Shown here piece after piece: positions 57,293-64,000 of a stretch of DNA of 64,000 nucleotides. Source of the DNA: Octopus vulgaris. Lineage: Eukaryota. The notes beneath the pieces were generated by a model. The model ran no database searches, was not told the DNA's origin, and saw only the letters and a list, made by a program, of their open reading frames with translations. Positions within the stretch are counted from its first letter, which is position 1. Every line of letters starts with the position of its first letter. The position numbers and the translations under genes are program-made. The DNA lies in NCBI GenBank assembly GCA_951406725.2, contig OX597829.1:868001-932000 (forward strand). Direction: 5' to 3'.

Positions 57293-57462
57293 AATTATTA
57301 TTATTATTATTATTATTATTATCATTATTATTATTATTATTATTATTACTATTATTGTTGTTGTTGTTGTCGTCATCATCATCATCATCATCATCATCTT
57401 CATCTTCATCATCATCATTATTATTATTATTATTATTATTATTGTTATTATTATTATTATTA
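56910..57462. repeat. (CTT)n then (TTA)n/(TCA)n
   Basis: Direct reading. Confidence 0.95.
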
Positions 57463-57943
57463 TTGAGTGAGAGAGCAGTGCATGCTATCAAAGTAACACT
57501 GGGGTAAAATATACGAAGCTCAATATAGTCGTCTGATAAGGGTACACCAGACACATGCATCACAGCCATATGCGCGTGACATAGTGATCTCATATCTAGA
57601 TAAACAGCACATGACCTTGCAGGTGGGGCCCAGTTAGAAATTTCTTCTAGTCGAGTAGCTCATCCCACACAAAAGGTCCTTGAATAAGGGTTGTGTAAGG
57701 ATGTTGAACGAACCACCCATGTTTCCAGAGGAGAATTATCCAAACCCCAAAGGATCCTTCTCAACACATGGCTATGATGCTCCCCCACTACTTCTGCTCG
57801 TGATCAGATCTGCACATATTGTCAGCCACTAAGAGACATGCTCAACTGATTATACGGTCAAACAACTGACAAGCAAATCTGTGGTATTGAGCAGAATATT
57901 TGCTGCAGCCCATCTTTTATACCAAGACAAGACAATGTACATT
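57463..57943 (-). mobile_element. TAA-tailed non-coding repeat family copy embedded in (TTA)n
   Basis: Minus strand ends ...gcactgctctctcactcaa(TAA)n. Similar to the 34508 and 30176 copies. Confidence 0.8.
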
Positions 57944-57954
57944 TATTATTGTTG

Positions 57955-60747
<2,793 letters not shown>

Positions 60748-60764
60748 TTATTATTATTTAGAGA

Positions 60765-60847
<83 letters not shown>

Positions 60848-61276
60848 CTGAAGACAGATACTTTCGTCTTCGGCCAAGCCCTCTACGAGTTTTTCAAATT
60901 GTATTTGAAAAGGAGAGTGACAGCAGAGAGGTAAGTTTTGCTCCTCAGTAAATTTGTTAAAAGGTGGGTGTATGTGGCAAGGATGGCCCGTGTGAACGGA
61001 CCCACCCTGAACTTACGTTTGTAAACCGGAGGAGTTGAGAACGAAAGAGGCGCATCCTGAGGTGAACTAGCGATCGGTATGACTACGTTGAGTGGGGTTC
61101 TGCGGGTTTCCCCGTGTGGGACTTCCCAATTTTAGGGATCTTTTATTGTTTAATTGTTTTGTTATTTGTATTTTGTCCCTTATTGTATACACGGCATTGT
61201 TCAGTTCCTCACTGGTCCCTTGTATTGCATTGTCTCTGTTTGCTTTGTGTTCGCCCCTTGAGGCCAATAAAAGAAA
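60848..61276 (+). mobile_element. Tx1/L1-like LINE 3' end with (ACT)n tail
   Basis: LKRRVTAER...FVKRWVYVARMARVNG, then a UTR ending gccccttgaggccaataaaagaaa. Confidence 0.7.
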
Positions 61277-61284
61277 CTACTACA

Positions 61285-61344
<60 letters not shown>

Positions 61345-61443
61345 GCTGCTGCTGCGGCTGCTGCTGCTGCTGCTGATACTACTACTACTACTGCTGCTGC
61401 TGCTGCCGCCGCCGCCGTCACCACCACCACCACCACCGCCACC

Positions 61444-61503
<60 letters not shown>

Positions 61504-61808
61504 GCTACTATTACTACTACTACTACTACTGTTTATAGTTATTATAATATGTTGTGAAACAATGCAGTAATAAATGCCTCGCATTTGTACCAATGTATCT
61601 CAGGCCCCACCTGTTGTAGTATATAAAATTATGGATTCCCGTCTTTGCAAAGTTTAAGTGAAGCTGGATAACGTAATCTTTGTTGAATGAAGTGAGGTGA
61701 TCACGTTGAAACGCTTTACGATTAGCACCAGTGTTGACTTGTCATAGAAAGTTTTAAAACCACTGGACGTGACAGTTTCTGACGCAGTCATGGCTGTGTG
61801 GTTAATAA

Positions 61809-62040
61809 AGGCGGCGAGCTGACAGAAACGTTAGCACGCCGGGCGAAATACTTAGCAGTATTACGTCTGCCGTTACGTTCTGAGTTCAAATTCCGCCGAG
61901 GACGACTTTGCCTTTCATCCTTTCGGAGTCGACAAACGAAGTACCAGTTACGCACTGGGGTTGATATAATCGACTTAATCCGTTTATCTGTCCTTGTTTG
62001 TCCCCTCTATGTTTAGCCCCTTGTGGATAGTAAAGAAATA
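61809..62040 (+). mobile_element. Full-length Meta-type SINE with 9-bp TSD
   Basis: GGTTAATAA at 61800-61808 and 62041-62049. Confidence 0.9.
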
Positions 62041-62578
62041 GGTTAATAAGTTCGTTGCTGGAATGGTGGCAGGATTAATTTGTCGTTAGATTGGTGTATT
62101 AATATAAATTTGTTTTAAAACTTTTATTGGTATCAAGTATTTGAGCCAAGATCTTTCGAAAATGCTTTATAAGAAGAACCAGAACTTAGATAAATTTAAA
62201 TATTTTAAAGTAATTTTTCCCTATGATATTGATGAGCAGAAGAAATAAAAGATAGAAAGTCTTCAGAGAGTCCATTTTACTGTTTCGTAATGACTTTTTG
62301 GAGAAAACGTACCTAACCCCCTCTCTAGTTAACTGTTGTGCCGATGATGCTTTGTGAGGTAGAAATATGTGTCAATACTGTCCTCTAATTTTCAGACAAT
62401 CAGACTATCTTTTCCTTAATGGCATATCGATTTTAGAAAATTAGATTCTTGAGATTCTCTAAGCTTTTTGTTTTGAGGTTGGTACCAAAGCGAAGATGAT
62501 TTTTAAAAAAAACAAGTTTTTTTAATCTCAATTGTTATCTAATGCTACTTTACTCGCCATTGTTTTACAAATGCACAC

Positions 62579-62707
62579 AATTGACCTCTTCACGTTAATT
62601 CCCTTTGCGTTAATTGACCTCTTCACGTTAATTCCCTTTGCGTTAATTGACCTCTTCACGTTAATTCCCTTTGCGTTAATTGACCTCTTCACGTTAATTC
62701 CCTTTGC
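62579..62707. repeat. 33-bp minisatellite, about 3.9 perfect copies
   Basis: Unit AATTGACCTCTTCACGTTAATTCCCTTTGCGTT. Confidence 0.95.
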
Positions 62708-63170
62708 TCCTTTTCATTTCATTGGTATATATACATACCTGCACACACACACACACACACAGATACATTCAAACACACACGCACACGCATTAACATACAC
62801 GTAAATTACATCGTCAAGTTGAGTCGTAGATGTAGCCAGGAAGTTCCAATGATTAGATGATTTTAATTTCTTTGTTTCCATTGATTTGGGGAAATGCGTA
62901 ATGCTAAGCATACACTTTGATGCAAACACGTCCGTATAAATCCTTGCGTACTGAAATACCACATCAAGAAGGTTATGGAACGGCTGTTACCATATAGAAA
63001 TCATATAGAAATATATATATATATATATATTACGGAGATGTACTCGCATAGCAAGTGATTTGATCTGAGATCGTGTGCTGGAACGAAAACAATTGCAGCG
63101 TGGAAGGTGTTTGTAAGCCATTTAAGAAACACACAAAAGCCGTTCGATTCACTTCAACATTTAAGTTTAA

Positions 63171-63220
63171 TTTGTCAAAATATTTTCGTTGCTAAAATCC
63201 GCGACCTGTTCACTGACAAA
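63171..63220 (-). ncRNA. Variant type I hammerhead with G3-C8 core
   Basis: Minus strand: TTTGTCA-GTGAACA-g-GTcGC ggatttta GCaAC-GAA-AATATT-T^TGACAAA. Confidence 0.65.
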
Positions 63221-64000
63221 AATCGATTATCTTTAAGAATTGAAGAATAACTTCCGTATAAATCCTTGTATTCTGAAATACCACATCAACAAGGTTATGG
63301 AACGGCTGTTACCATATAAACGTCATATAGAAATATATATATATATGTCTTCGACTGTAATGCCTCCTAGCTTTATTCTATGTATGATTATCTTTAAGAA
63401 TTGAAGAATTGCTTTTTACTGTTTATATCAGTCACATACGCCACATATTTGCTTTTAAATGATCTACGATTGGACAGTGTAATATACTTTTAGTCTGAAG
63501 TGCACAGCACTCTCGAAGCTTCTCTTCACAACCCATTCACGTTTTGAACTGCGAATTCAACATCACACCACTCGGCCAGCGATAACTCCTGATTAGACAG
63601 AATGGAAAGACATTGCTTCGTCTGATAATTAAAAATTTAGATAGATTAACGATAAAGTTGAGAATTTACTCATAAATCCAGTATATAAATCAACAATTTT
63701 GGAACGGAATTATTAAATACGCAACATATATAAACCTGATATTAATTATCATTTTCATAATTAACGATGTCATATCGCGATGCTACAGACAATACGGGTC
63801 TGAGGTGAAAATCACATTTAATTCTCCATGAGCAAATATGCTTGCGTTTAAAAGAAAATAAATAGAAATTATTTTCAGGCTACAGCAATATCTCTCTGGT
63901 GATATCTAAAATGGCGTACAAATATCAGTCCTATCATTATTTAAGTTTCCTTGAACGGTGGATGAAATGAAATTCTAAATGTGAACAAATGTGCCTTAAA

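Noticed and set aside
62579-62707. CRISPR-like array
   Set aside because: Contiguous identical units with no unique spacers, no cas genes, and a eukaryotic context.

Overview
AT-rich, microsatellite-saturated eukaryotic DNA. The SINE families and repeat landscape look like an octopus (cephalopod) intronic or intergenic region; this is inferred from recognised repeats, not from a search. No host protein-coding exon could be supported, and almost all listed ORFs are translations of simple repeats. The window holds tRNA-derived SINEs (Meta/MESC-type, CORE-type and a third family), LINE fragments (a CR1-group RT open over about 1.1 kb, R4/Dong-like, Tx1/L1-like, RTE), a Penelope-like GIY-YIG remnant, Tc1/mariner remnants, and two related Merlin-like MITEs with 8-bp TSDs. 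The most striking signal is about a dozen type I hammerhead-ribozyme motifs with palindromic stem III in short non-coding elements beside (TA)n, (TG)n or (TAA)n tracts. They include a 590-bp terminally redundant retrozyme-like unit, fold-back palindromes with a hammerhead on each arm, and a core with the C3-G8 pair swapped to G3-C8. All structures were folded by eye and no activity is shown.
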